Assembly: GCA_039208735.1 (NCBI GenBank)
Contig: JBCCQY010000058.1
Coordinates: 1 to 47,280, forward strand
DNA from: Myxococcota bacterium
GTDB lineage: Bacteria; Myxococcota_A; UBA796; GCA-2862545
Length of the DNA: 47,280 nt
Direction: 5' to 3'
The notes beneath the pieces were generated by a model. It searched no databases. It was given only the letters and a program-made list of their open reading frames with translations, and was not told the DNA's origin. Every line of letters begins with the position of its first letter. Positions within the stretch are counted from its first letter, which is position 1. Positions 38,778-47,280 of the stretch are shown here, one piece after another. The translations under genes were made by a program, and so were the position numbers.

Positions 38778-39998
38778 TCAGGTGCCCTCACCCACCACGG
38801 CGTAGATCGAGCCCCGACCATAGTCGACAACATAGAGATCACCTGCTTCATCGAGTCCGAAAGCCGAGATGAGGACCGGCCACTGCCCCAACGACAGCGC
38901 CTTGACGGACCGCGCCCGATCTGGAACTTCGAGGGCCCACATTCGCCCGGTTACGAAGTCCCCGAACACGTAGCGGCCTCGTAGAGCCTCGGCCCGTCGT
39001 CCGGTGACCACGAACCCCCCGGTGACCGAAAATCCCTCGTCCCGGCCATACTCGAAGATGGGGTCGACCAAGCCCTCGGTGGGGCAGTCGTTCTTGGGCC
39101 GAAAGCAGTGGCCCGCCTCCCGAATTCGCCACCCGAGGTTGTCGCCCGCCTGCACCAGCGAGATCTCTTCCCAGGCGTCTTGACCCACATCGGCCACCAC
39201 GAGTTGGCCCGATGGGGTGAAGCTGTAGCGCCAGGGATTGCGAAGCCCCAACGCATAGATCTCGTCGCGAACGTCCGCATCCTCAACGAAGGGATTGTCC
39301 GCAGGAATGAGGTTTGGCGCATCTGGGTCCAGACGAAGCAGACTCCCGAGTAGCGTCTGCCCATTTTGTCCGTGCTGATGGGGATCGAACCGCGCTCCCC
39401 CGTCACCCAGGCCCACATACAGCATGCCATCCGGACCAAAGGCCAGCTGGCCTGCATTGTGATTCTGATAGGGCTGCTCAACCTCGAGCAGGGTCCGAAC
39501 GGCCTTCGCGGCTCCCGAAACCCCAACGGGGGCTGACCACTCCTCGATCACCGTGACATCGCGTTCCTTCCGCGCGACATAATTCAGATAGAACGTGCCG
39601 CGCTTGCGAAACTCAGGACTCCAAGCCAGGCCGAGCAAGCCCTGTTCTCCGTCCGTTCGCACATCGACGGTAAACCAGGGGGTTCGCTCTCCCGTTTCGA
39701 GGTCGACCACCCAGGCCTGGCCTCCCTTCTCGAGCACAACAGCTCGCGCCCCTTCTCCAGGAATGAACTCGATTCCAAGGGGTTCACGGAACCCCGTTGC
39801 CAGCTCGACCAGTCGCACGGAAAGCGTGCCGCGAGAGGCATCGATCGGATGAAACGTCGCATTCACAAGTCCTTCAGGCCGCTCGTAGATGCGTTCGGGG
39901 TCGCTTAGGCGCTTGACCACGGCACGGCGAATGCCTTGGCACGAACTGGTGATCAGCAGTCCCGCAATGAGTCCAACGCAGGCATGGGCTCGCGTCAT
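38778..39998 (-). CDS. PQQ-dependent sugar dehydrogenase (GSDH family)
   Basis: GEQGLLGLAW-P, NHNAGQLAFGPDGMLY-GLGDG, IPADNPF, GLRNPWR, DVGQ-WEE and SVTGG; GGAGG RBS. Confidence 0.93.
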   Translation of the reverse strand: MTRAHACVGLIAGLLITSSCQGIRRAVVKRLSDPERIYERPEGLVNATFHPIDASRGTLSVRLVELATGFREPLGIEFIPGEGARAVVLEKGGQAWVVDLETGERTPWFTVDVRTDGEQGLLGLAWSPEFRKRGTFYLNYVARKERDVTVIEEWSAPVGVSGAAKAVRTLLEVEQPYQNHNAGQLAFGPDGMLYVGLGDGGARFDPHQHGQNGQTLLGSLLRLDPDAPNLIPADNPFVEDADVRDEIYALGLRNPWRYSFTPSGQLVVADVGQDAWEEISLVQAGDNLGWRIREAGHCFRPKNDCPTEGLVDPIFEYGRDEGFSVTGGFVVTGRRAEALRGRYVFGDFVTGRMWALEVPDRARSVKALSLGQWPVLISAFGLDEAGDLYVVDYGRGSIYAVVGEGT

Positions 39999-40021
39999 GA
40001 GGACCTCCAGATTCCGTTGGA

Positions 40022-40074
40022 CTTGACAGTGTCAGGCCGCTTGCGGCGTATGCTGCAAACTTGACACCGTCAAG
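40022..40074. promoter_or_regulatory. two further copies of the same 15-bp palindrome upstream of the PQQ dehydrogenase
   Basis: CTTGACA-G-TGTCAGG (40022-40036) and CTTGACA-C-CGTCAAG (40060-40074). Confidence 0.72.
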
Positions 40075-40257
40075 CCTCTCTGAAGTGTTGCGGCGATGGG
40101 TGCGACTGCTCCTGCGGGAACTGAGGCCCTTCACGAGGTGTGAACACCCGGCTCATGTACGTAGCAAGCCGCGCCTCGCGCATGGACGCGTGGGGCTTGC
40201 GTAGCGATCGCGGGATGCGAGTCGTTATCCGACGTGAATGCCTGCGTTGGAGGGGCC

Positions 40258-42777
40258 TTGAGCGAGCCGCCCGCCTTGTTCATCTCGTACCGCAGGGACG
40301 ATACCCAGGTTGTCGGTCCCCTCGCGGATGCTCTGGAGCGGGACGGCAAAGCCAAGGTCTTCTTCGACCGCGATTTGTCCCCAGGAGCGCCCTTCCCGGC
40401 CCAGCTTCGTGAGCAGGTGGTAAACGCAGATGCCATCCTCGTGCTCATGGGCGCTCGCTGGATGCGTCGTGATGAGCGAGGGCACTCGGCCCTGATGGAC
40501 GATGGAGACTGGGTCCGCCAGGAGCTGGAATTGGGCCACGCCCACCAGATCCCCCTGCTGCCGGTGCTCGTTGACGGGGCGCCCTGGCCCGACCGCGATT
40601 CGCTGCCCACGTCGTTGCGATTCCTCTTGGATCTTCATCGCATCGAGTTCAATTCGCGCGGTCACTTCTCCATGGAGACCACACGCATTTGGGATGCCGT
40701 CGTTCGTGCAGCGGAAGAGCGCCAACGACGCGAGTCCATGGCCCAACGACGGCCGGCTGCCTACCAGGACTTCCTGACCTACATTTCCGAGTACCTGACG
40801 TTCAGCGCCGTGGAACTCGACGAAGATCAGATTCGCATGGGCTTCGTCGAAACGATGTACAGCGCCTCGTACCGTGAAATCGTCGACAAGTGCCTTCCCG
40901 CAGGGCGGATCACCCTCTTGGAGGCCCGCCGCGGCATTGGCAAGACCTTCCTCTTGAAGCGGCTTGCCGCGGAGGCGCGAAGTCGTCACCCAGAGAGCGC
41001 GGCAAACGTGCTGCATGTGTGGCGCCATGCCCCGGCCCCCACGCTCGCCGATGCCGACCTCACCTCTCGCCTGGCCACGCTGCTCATCTGGGGCATCACC
41101 GAGCAGGGAGAGCGCTACAACCCGGCTGAGGTCTTCGGGGGCCATTGGAGATTGTTTCGGTCCCTGGTTCGAATTTACGAAACGTCAGACACGCTTTCGC
41201 TCCAACAGGCCGAAGTCCGTCTGCGACAGACCGTTCCTGAAGAGCAAGGCCGCGATGTCGCGGCCTTCATGTTGGATATGGGCTCCGTCGACTACCAGTG
41301 GACCCAACTTCGCCGACTGTTGAAGACAAATGGAATTCGGCATCTGAACCTATTCATCGACGAGTTCACGGAATCGGTACCTCATGCGCACGCGCACGAT
41401 CGGTTCATGCGGATGCTGAAGGCGCTCAAGACCGAGCTGTCACCTGGGATCGGGTGCACTATCGTCGCCGGAATCTACCCCCGGGTGACCTCACTGCGGG
41501 AATTCCGAGGCAGTCAGGATGGACGGCTGTTGGCGCTCGAGTACCAGGGCGACTGGCAGGGCTGGCACCGAGAGGCCACCACCTTCATCACCAGCCAGTT
41601 TTCCGCCTACTGCCAGGGCAACGACCTTCAGACCCCCACCGAGTCGGAGGTCGTGGCACTGCGCAACCGATTGTTCGGCGGAAAGGCCATCAAACGGCTG
41701 TCCTACCTCAGCAACCGGAGCCCTCGGCAGTACCTCAATCTGCTGCAGGATGCGGTGGCCGGCGCCGACGAGGAAACGTCCGTCGATGTGGCCCGTATCG
41801 AACGTGTCGCCGCCGATTACGCCGACCGCGACTTCCGCGCCATCCCCAATGCGTGCGAACGCTTCGACACCATCGACGTCGACCCACAACTCGCCCAACG
41901 CGCCTTCACGCATGTTCGCGCGTGGACCCAGTACGGCGCCGAGGAGCGGCGGGCTCGGGGGCAGGCGCCGTCGCTCAGCATCGAAGCGGAAACGTCATCG
42001 AACCAAGGAATTCTCTCGGCCTTGGCCATGCTCGAGTACCTCGGACTGCTGCGGGTGACCGGCGACAGCTCGCCGCGCATGACGATCGAACTTAGCCCCA
42101 TGCATGCCGTTCCCACCGTGCTTTCCGATGGAGAGATGGATCAACAAGGCCCCCCCTACCCCGTTGCCGGCACCCTCCTCCACGGCCCGCACCACGTCGC
42201 GGTTCCCACCCCCGCACTCCCCTCCGAAGCACAGTCGCCGCGCGACAAGTCGCTGACCGACTTCCTGCGCAAGCGGCTGAGCGATCGGCACCTCGGATTC
42301 GACGAGGACAAGCTTCAAGATCTGAATCTCAGCAGCTACACGGTGGGTCAGGTGGCCGTGTACTCTCCCGTTCAAGACCGCTTTCGTTCCCGCAAGCAGG
42401 CGCTGGTTCGACACACGACGGGCGCGTTGCTTTCGAACAAGGCCCGCAAGATGATCGAGGCCCAGCTGGCTCGGCATCTGGAAGAACATCAGATCACCAT
42501 CGTTGACGACACCGAGCCCCTCGATGCCGAAGCGCTGCTCGACACCCCGCTCGCCGAGTTGTCTCTCTCGAACGCCGTCGTCTCAAAACTCGAGAAGGCG
42601 GGCCACCTGACCGTCCGCGACCTCGTTGCGTTCTACCCAGAACGAGGTCACTACCAATACAATGGTGGTCCCAAGCTCGAGCGAGTGGGCCTCAAGCCGG
42701 CTCAGCGGAAGGCGGTTGCGGCGCGCATCAAGGAGTTCATCGAAACCTGGAACCTACGCTACACCCCGGCCATGTGA
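40258..42777 (+). CDS. TIR domain - P-loop ATPase - tandem alpha-CTD/HhH-like fusion protein
   Basis: TIR: FISYRRDD, VFFDR, DWVRQELE, LLPVLVDG. Walker A ARRGIGKT, Walker B LNLFIDE, SPRQYL. C-terminal LLDTPLAELSLS...KLEKAGHLTVRDLV. TTG start after GGAGG (alternative GTG at 40234). Confidence 0.85.
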   Translation: MSEPPALFISYRRDDTQVVGPLADALERDGKAKVFFDRDLSPGAPFPAQLREQVVNADAILVLMGARWMRRDERGHSALMDDGDWVRQELELGHAHQIPLLPVLVDGAPWPDRDSLPTSLRFLLDLHRIEFNSRGHFSMETTRIWDAVVRAAEERQRRESMAQRRPAAYQDFLTYISEYLTFSAVELDEDQIRMGFVETMYSASYREIVDKCLPAGRITLLEARRGIGKTFLLKRLAAEARSRHPESAANVLHVWRHAPAPTLADADLTSRLATLLIWGITEQGERYNPAEVFGGHWRLFRSLVRIYETSDTLSLQQAEVRLRQTVPEEQGRDVAAFMLDMGSVDYQWTQLRRLLKTNGIRHLNLFIDEFTESVPHAHAHDRFMRMLKALKTELSPGIGCTIVAGIYPRVTSLREFRGSQDGRLLALEYQGDWQGWHREATTFITSQFSAYCQGNDLQTPTESEVVALRNRLFGGKAIKRLSYLSNRSPRQYLNLLQDAVAGADEETSVDVARIERVAADYADRDFRAIPNACERFDTIDVDPQLAQRAFTHVRAWTQYGAEERRARGQAPSLSIEAETSSNQGILSALAMLEYLGLLRVTGDSSPRMTIELSPMHAVPTVLSDGEMDQQGPPYPVAGTLLHGPHHVAVPTPALPSEAQSPRDKSLTDFLRKRLSDRHLGFDEDKLQDLNLSSYTVGQVAVYSPVQDRFRSRKQALVRHTTGALLSNKARKMIEAQLARHLEEHQITIVDDTEPLDAEALLDTPLAELSLSNAVVSKLEKAGHLTVRDLVAFYPERGHYQYNGGPKLERVGLKPAQRKAVAARIKEFIETWNLRYTPAM

Positions 42778-42787
42778 CCCCCGATCA

Positions 42788-44848
42788 TCATGGGACGACG
42801 GGTGGTGGAACGGCTCCTTCGAGAATCCAGGTCTCCCATACGTCCAGGTCTGCGCTGGACAACGCACCATTGGTCGGCATCTGACTTCCCGCGCCACCGG
42901 CCGCAATCTGGGTCCCCGTGATCTTGCGCCAGATGTAGCTGTTGTCAGGGTCGCCAGGTTCGATCAAATCCATTGACGACAGCTGCCCCGACGGCTGGTT
43001 GACGGTCGATGCCCACACATTGTCGGTGCCCATGAGAAGCCCCCCCGTGCCATTCACGGTGTGACACGCTGCACAGCGCGCGTTCACGACCATTTGGACG
43101 TCGGCCGCGGTGGTCGTTTCGAACCCTACGTCGCTGTCGGGGACGCCATCACAGTCGGTGTCGACACCATTGGCAAAGTCGAAGCGACCGGGATGAACCA
43201 GGCGGTCGGCATCGTCGCAATCGGTATCGTCGTCGACAAATCCCGAGGGCTGCAGGCACTGCATGGTGACGACCGCCAGGTCACCAAACCCATCGTCATC
43301 GGCATCCTGGTACCACTCGGTCAGGGGGTTGCGGTCGACATCGGCGTCGTCACAATCGTCGTCGTTGTCGACCGTGTTCAGGGGAGCCACGCAAGCCACC
43401 GCGATCCGGTTGGCCGGATCGCCGTACCCATCGAGGTCGGTGTCGGCGTACCATGCCGAGGCGGCCCCGATTTCAGCCTCGGTGTCGTCACAATCGTCGG
43501 CGTTGTCGACGGTGGACGGCGGCTGCAGACAGGACTGCGTCACCGCGATCGGGTCACCAAGTCCGTCCATATCGGTGTCGGCGTACCACATCGTGTCGGG
43601 GTTGAGTTGGGGATTCAGATCGTCGCAATCGGTCGCATTGGCCACAGTTCCGGCCGGCGCCGTGCAGGCTTGCACTGGCGACCCCAAACCGTCCCCAAAC
43701 CCGTCGCTGTCGCCGTCCGGGTACCACAGCTCCCCCAACGTCACGCTGGGGTTTGCGTCATCGCAATCTCGGTCATCCATCACCGTGTTCGCAGGCTGCA
43801 GACATGACGTCGTGGGCGAATTGGCGTCGCCAAAGCCATCCTGATCCCCGTCGGCCCACCAGACCGTGTTGGGGTTGATTTCGGGCTCGGTGTCGTCGCA
43901 ATCGTCATCATTGGTGACCGTTCCCGCCGGCATGACGCACACCTCGACCTCGGTGCCCGGGGCGCCGAAGCCATCCTGGTCGGTGTCGTCCCAGAACGTG
44001 CCAAAGTCGATGGTGGCTGGATCGGCATCGTCGGCAAGCATGTCGCAGTTGTTGTCGACACCGTCACACACCTCATCGGCGGTAGGGAAGATCTCGTCGT
44101 CGCTGTCGTTGCAGTCGCCCGACGTTGCCACGTGGTCTTTGGGCGCGAGACACGCCACGACGGCGACCCCATCCCCAAACCCATCGTGGTCCCCGTCGAA
44201 GAACCAATCCTGTGGGGCCGCGATCGCAGCATCGATGTCGTTGCAGTCCTCGCACACCGGAGATCCGTCGCCGTCGCCATCGTCTTGCGGCGAAATGCCG
44301 TCGCAGTTTCGGTCGTCGAGATCGGCACACGTTTCGACGGCATCCGGTCGAACGTCGTCGCGAGTATCGTCACAATCCGTGGCGTCCTCGACCGAGAACG
44401 GAGGAGCAACACAGGCCACCACTGGCGCAAGCACGTCGCCAAATCCATCCTGGTCCGTATCGGCGTAAAACGTGAGGGCGTCGACGGGGGGGCCGTCTGG
44501 GTCAGCATCATCGATGCCCATGTCGCAGTCGTCGTCGACCTCGTTGCATCGTTCGGGAGCGCCGGGAAAAATGGTGTCGTCAGCATCGTTGCAGTCACCG
44601 TCCACGTCCGAAGTGGCCGGACCTCGCAAGTCCACGCAGTCTTCGATTTGTGGACCCGTGCCAAAGCCATCGCGGTCGTCGTCGACGTACCACCGATCCG
44701 TTTCGCACGGGGTGCCCGTGTCGGTATCGTCAGGGCCCGTATCGGCGGGCGGAGTCGACATTCCGGTGTCGGAGTCCGGAGGACTAGCGGGAGCCGGCTC
44801 TTCTCCCGTACACCCAACCCAGACGAAACCAGCAAAGAACAAGCGCAT
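42788..44848 (-). CDS. lipoprotein with about 10 MopE-type Cys/Asp repeats and a C-terminal c-type heme domain
   Basis: GGAGG RBS; leader ending VGC; repeats W(Y)-x-D-x-D-x-DGFG...C...DC(D/N)D; C-terminal CAACH...PGDPDNSY...QMP...WILEGA. Confidence 0.88.
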   Translation of the reverse strand: MRLFFAGFVWVGCTGEEPAPASPPDSDTGMSTPPADTGPDDTDTGTPCETDRWYVDDDRDGFGTGPQIEDCVDLRGPATSDVDGDCNDADDTIFPGAPERCNEVDDDCDMGIDDADPDGPPVDALTFYADTDQDGFGDVLAPVVACVAPPFSVEDATDCDDTRDDVRPDAVETCADLDDRNCDGISPQDDGDGDGSPVCEDCNDIDAAIAAPQDWFFDGDHDGFGDGVAVVACLAPKDHVATSGDCNDSDDEIFPTADEVCDGVDNNCDMLADDADPATIDFGTFWDDTDQDGFGAPGTEVEVCVMPAGTVTNDDDCDDTEPEINPNTVWWADGDQDGFGDANSPTTSCLQPANTVMDDRDCDDANPSVTLGELWYPDGDSDGFGDGLGSPVQACTAPAGTVANATDCDDLNPQLNPDTMWYADTDMDGLGDPIAVTQSCLQPPSTVDNADDCDDTEAEIGAASAWYADTDLDGYGDPANRIAVACVAPLNTVDNDDDCDDADVDRNPLTEWYQDADDDGFGDLAVVTMQCLQPSGFVDDDTDCDDADRLVHPGRFDFANGVDTDCDGVPDSDVGFETTTAADVQMVVNARCAACHTVNGTGGLLMGTDNVWASTVNQPSGQLSSMDLIEPGDPDNSYIWRKITGTQIAAGGAGSQMPTNGALSSADLDVWETWILEGAVPPPVVP

Positions 44849-44944
44849 CGTGCCTCCAGGCGATGAATACCCTCCATTTAGGCCCGATTCGTCATCGGCG
44901 GTCATCCGAATAGGATGGGAACTGGTCTATGGAGCACCCTTCGA

Positions 44945-46330
44945 ATGTCCGAGCCACGGGTATCGGAAGACATTGTTGTTGCGCGTCAGATCGCCCGAGC
45001 GGAACTCTGGAGCCAGACCCGCTGGTCGAACCTCGCAGGCCACCTGGGCACGTCGCCCACGATCGTGGGCATCCTCTGGGGTCTACTCGATGACCCAAGT
45101 CCGCTGCTCACCTACCTCGCGGTGAGTTGGGGGCTCATCGCGGTCCTAGGAGTCACCTACGCCCTGCACGCCAAGACCAACAACCATGGTCCGCCGCCCT
45201 TCTACGTCTACGCGGCGTTGACCGTGAGCAACCTCTTTCTCGGCGGGGGACTCTTCCTATTGACCCCCGAGCCTACTGAACCCAGCGTGGCCTACGGTCT
45301 TGGCGTCGTGATCTTCGCGGGAACGGCGGGCATGCTCGTGACCTACGGTTCCCAAGCCGGTCTCATGCGCGTGGCCCTCGTCACCTTTCTCGGGGCGTAC
45401 GCGGCAGGTTGTGCCTCGGTGGGGCATGTCGCGATCGCATTGGGAACGCTGTTCTTCCTCTTGGTCGTGGCTGGCCACGCGGTCGGCGTCGTGACCTCGA
45501 CCCATGACCGGGTGGTGGATGCCCGACTGCGAGCCGATCAGCGGGCCGCCGAGGCCGCTAACGCCCTGGAAGCGAGGCGTGTCGCGCAGGATGCCAACGA
45601 CGCCAAGACTCGCTTCCTCGGCAACATGAGCCACGAACTTCGGACCCCCCTCAACGTGATTCTTGGCTACGCCGATCTCGCTGATGAAGACCTCGCTGAT
45701 GGCATGCTCGATGAAGTCCGAGAAGACATTGCCCGCGTGCGCCTCGCGGGTCGACAATTGCTTTCCCTGATCAGCGACATCTTGGATTTGACCCGCATCG
45801 AGGCGCGACAACTCCCGATGACGTTTCGGAGCGTAGCCCTTGCGCCGGAGTTGCTTCGAGTGGTCGACCTGATGAGTGCCATCGCAGCCGAGCGCGGCAA
45901 CTCGCTGACGGTGCGCCTCGAAGAGGGCAACCGACTCGAGGTGTGGTGCGACGCAGATCGAATGCGGCAAATCGTGCTGAATCTCGTTGCGAATGCCAAC
46001 AACTATACGAACGATGGCTCGATTCTCCTCATGGGACGAGCCGTAGCCAATCGCGTACGCATCGAGGTCCACGACACGGGCAGCGGGATTCCTCCTTCCC
46101 AATTGGAACGCATTTTCGAGCGGTTCAGCCAGGTCGACGAAACGAGCACCCGAACGCACGACGGGGCCGGCATGGGTCTCGCGATTTCGCGAGCGCTCGC
46201 TCGAGCGATGCAAGGCGAGCTTTCGGTTTCATCGATCGTAGGAAAAGGAAGCACGTTCGTGCTTGAGCTGCCGACGCAGTCGCACGCTGCCCAACCCGCC
46301 GGCACGACCGATGTGGTCGTGGAATCCTGA
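44945..46330 (+). CDS. membrane sensor histidine kinase (no receiver domain)
   Basis: Multi-TM N-terminus; H-box MSHELRTPLN, N-box NLVANA, DTGSGI, IFERF and GAGMGLAIS. Confidence 0.93.
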   Translation: MSEPRVSEDIVVARQIARAELWSQTRWSNLAGHLGTSPTIVGILWGLLDDPSPLLTYLAVSWGLIAVLGVTYALHAKTNNHGPPPFYVYAALTVSNLFLGGGLFLLTPEPTEPSVAYGLGVVIFAGTAGMLVTYGSQAGLMRVALVTFLGAYAAGCASVGHVAIALGTLFFLLVVAGHAVGVVTSTHDRVVDARLRADQRAAEAANALEARRVAQDANDAKTRFLGNMSHELRTPLNVILGYADLADEDLADGMLDEVREDIARVRLAGRQLLSLISDILDLTRIEARQLPMTFRSVALAPELLRVVDLMSAIAAERGNSLTVRLEEGNRLEVWCDADRMRQIVLNLVANANNYTNDGSILLMGRAVANRVRIEVHDTGSGIPPSQLERIFERFSQVDETSTRTHDGAGMGLAISRALARAMQGELSVSSIVGKGSTFVLELPTQSHAAQPAGTTDVVVES

Positions 46331-46398
46331 CGGTTACCGCACGACAGAATGCACGAACGCCGGGTTGGGCGGTCAACAGCGCAAGAGACTCCGCCGCC

Positions 46399-47280
46399 TC
46401 ACATCGGTGAACGTTCACGGGCCCGAGCTTCGGCAAGTTCGCGGACGCGGTCGATCAGCGTTTGTTGGTCGGCGTCGGAACACGCCTCCCAGCTCTCACG
46501 AAACAGGTCTGCCAGATCGATGGCCACATCTAGAGCCACCTCATCAACGATGGCTGGTTGCGCGGTGCCCACCTTAGAGCGAGCCGAGGCGACGCGTGCT
46601 TCGGTGACCAGCCGCGGCAGCCAGGCCAACAGTACAGAAAGGTCCAGGTGGCCGGGATTCCAGTTTTCGGCCCCCGCGAAGCGCACATCGTCAAAGTCCG
46701 GCAGCTTTCGCTTGTAGACGGGGCGGGTGCCCACGGGCATGCGGGCGTCCGGCTTGAGAACGAGGCCCTCCGCTAGATTCTCGGGCTGGCCGAGCAACCC
46801 GTACATCGCCGGAACCCGAGAGGGGAAGGCCACAGGCAATCTGGCCAATACGCCGCGCGGCCCTCGTTCAATGCAGGGAGGAACCAACAAATTCAGCGCC
46901 CGAAGTTCATGATCGGCAAGCCACTCCCCGCGGTCGTCGTGGTCGCTCGCCACAATGGCGTCGAACACTAGCCAATGCAGGTCCGGAGCGTAGTCAATGC
47001 CGGTCTGAACGGGCTGCAACCCAGGCAGGGAGGCCCCCCCAAACCGGCCTCCGTGCAACTCACCGTAAAGCCAGAGCTGCCGTGCCCCGACCGCAGCGCC
47101 CGCCTCTGTCGCCGATGCTTCAATCTCGGACCGGATCGAGCGCCAGCCAAAGAACCCGTCGTCGTCCTCGAGCCACGCCTTGCGTTTGCCAAAGCGAACC
47201 GTGCCACGCGCCACGGCGACCACAAGCTGCGCGCCGTGGACCTTCTCGGTGGCCACCCAAGGGCCCCCGACCGTGGCTCC
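46399..47280 (-). CDS. Rnl2-family ATP-dependent RNA ligase, 5' end outside window
   Basis: Frame is open to the window edge (GATVGGPWVATEKVHG); nucleotidyltransferase motifs EKVHG, LYGELHGG, VQ-GIDY...VFD, AEGLVLKP and YKRK. Confidence 0.87.
   Translation of the reverse strand, partial: GATVGGPWVATEKVHGAQLVVAVARGTVRFGKRKAWLEDDDGFFGWRSIRSEIEASATEAGAAVGARQLWLYGELHGGRFGGASLPGLQPVQTGIDYAPDLHWLVFDAIVASDHDDRGEWLADHELRALNLLVPPCIERGPRGVLARLPVAFPSRVPAMYGLLGQPENLAEGLVLKPDARMPVGTRPVYKRKLPDFDDVRFAGAENWNPGHLDLSVLLAWLPRLVTEARVASARSKVGTAQPAIVDEVALDVAIDLADLFRESWEACSDADQQTLIDRVRELAEARARERSPM

Noticed and set aside
40023..40054. Plus-strand TTGACA...TATGCT as the promoter of the TIR-ATPase gene
   Set aside because: The spacer is 20 nt, too long for sigma70. 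The TTGACA is better explained as part of the palindromic operator.
23596..47280. TPR-CHAT, CARF, TIR-ATPase and RNA ligase as one defence island or one multi-gene system
   Set aside because: They are separated by many ordinary genes, lie on different strands, and show no integrase, att repeats or visible compositional shift. Treated as independent loci.

Overview
GC-rich, very gene-dense bacterial chromosomal window. It is most likely from a Myxococcota-type organism, inferred from a MYXO-CTERM sorting tail, MopE-type Cys/Asp repeats, and TIGR02147 and TIGR02996/STM4015-type genes. The left end holds the minus-strand Thr(TGT)-Tyr(GTA)-Gly(TCC)-Thr(GGT) tRNA cluster that normally precedes tuf. 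About 33 CDSs follow. Housekeeping and accessory genes include RqcH/NFACT, a CbpA-type DnaJ, an FHA-FHA protein, HMG-CoA lyase, a sulfatase-fold lipoprotein, a flap endonuclease, a ferredoxin reductase, a GT21 glycosyltransferase, HugZ-like, PfkB, MscS, a diheme cytochrome c, a PQQ sugar dehydrogenase and a histidine kinase. There are also two large repeat-rich surface proteins. Several conflict- or signalling-type genes are scattered in the right half: a TPR-CHAT protease, an orphan NE0113-type CARF-wHTH protein with a degenerate ligand motif, a TPR/AAA/LRR operon and an Rnl2-type RNA ligase. The best candidate for an undescribed system is the single gene at 40258-42777. It fuses a catalytic-type TIR domain, a P-loop ATPase and two C-terminal RNA polymerase alpha-CTD/HhH-like repeats, suggesting an NLR-like receptor with an integrated sensor or decoy. 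Non-coding signals include a Fur-box-like palindrome before the HugZ-like gene and a four-copy 15-bp palindromic operator shared by the PQQ dehydrogenase and cytochrome c genes. No CRISPR array, cas gene, integrase or transposase was seen. All family calls come from reading motifs by eye, not from database searches.
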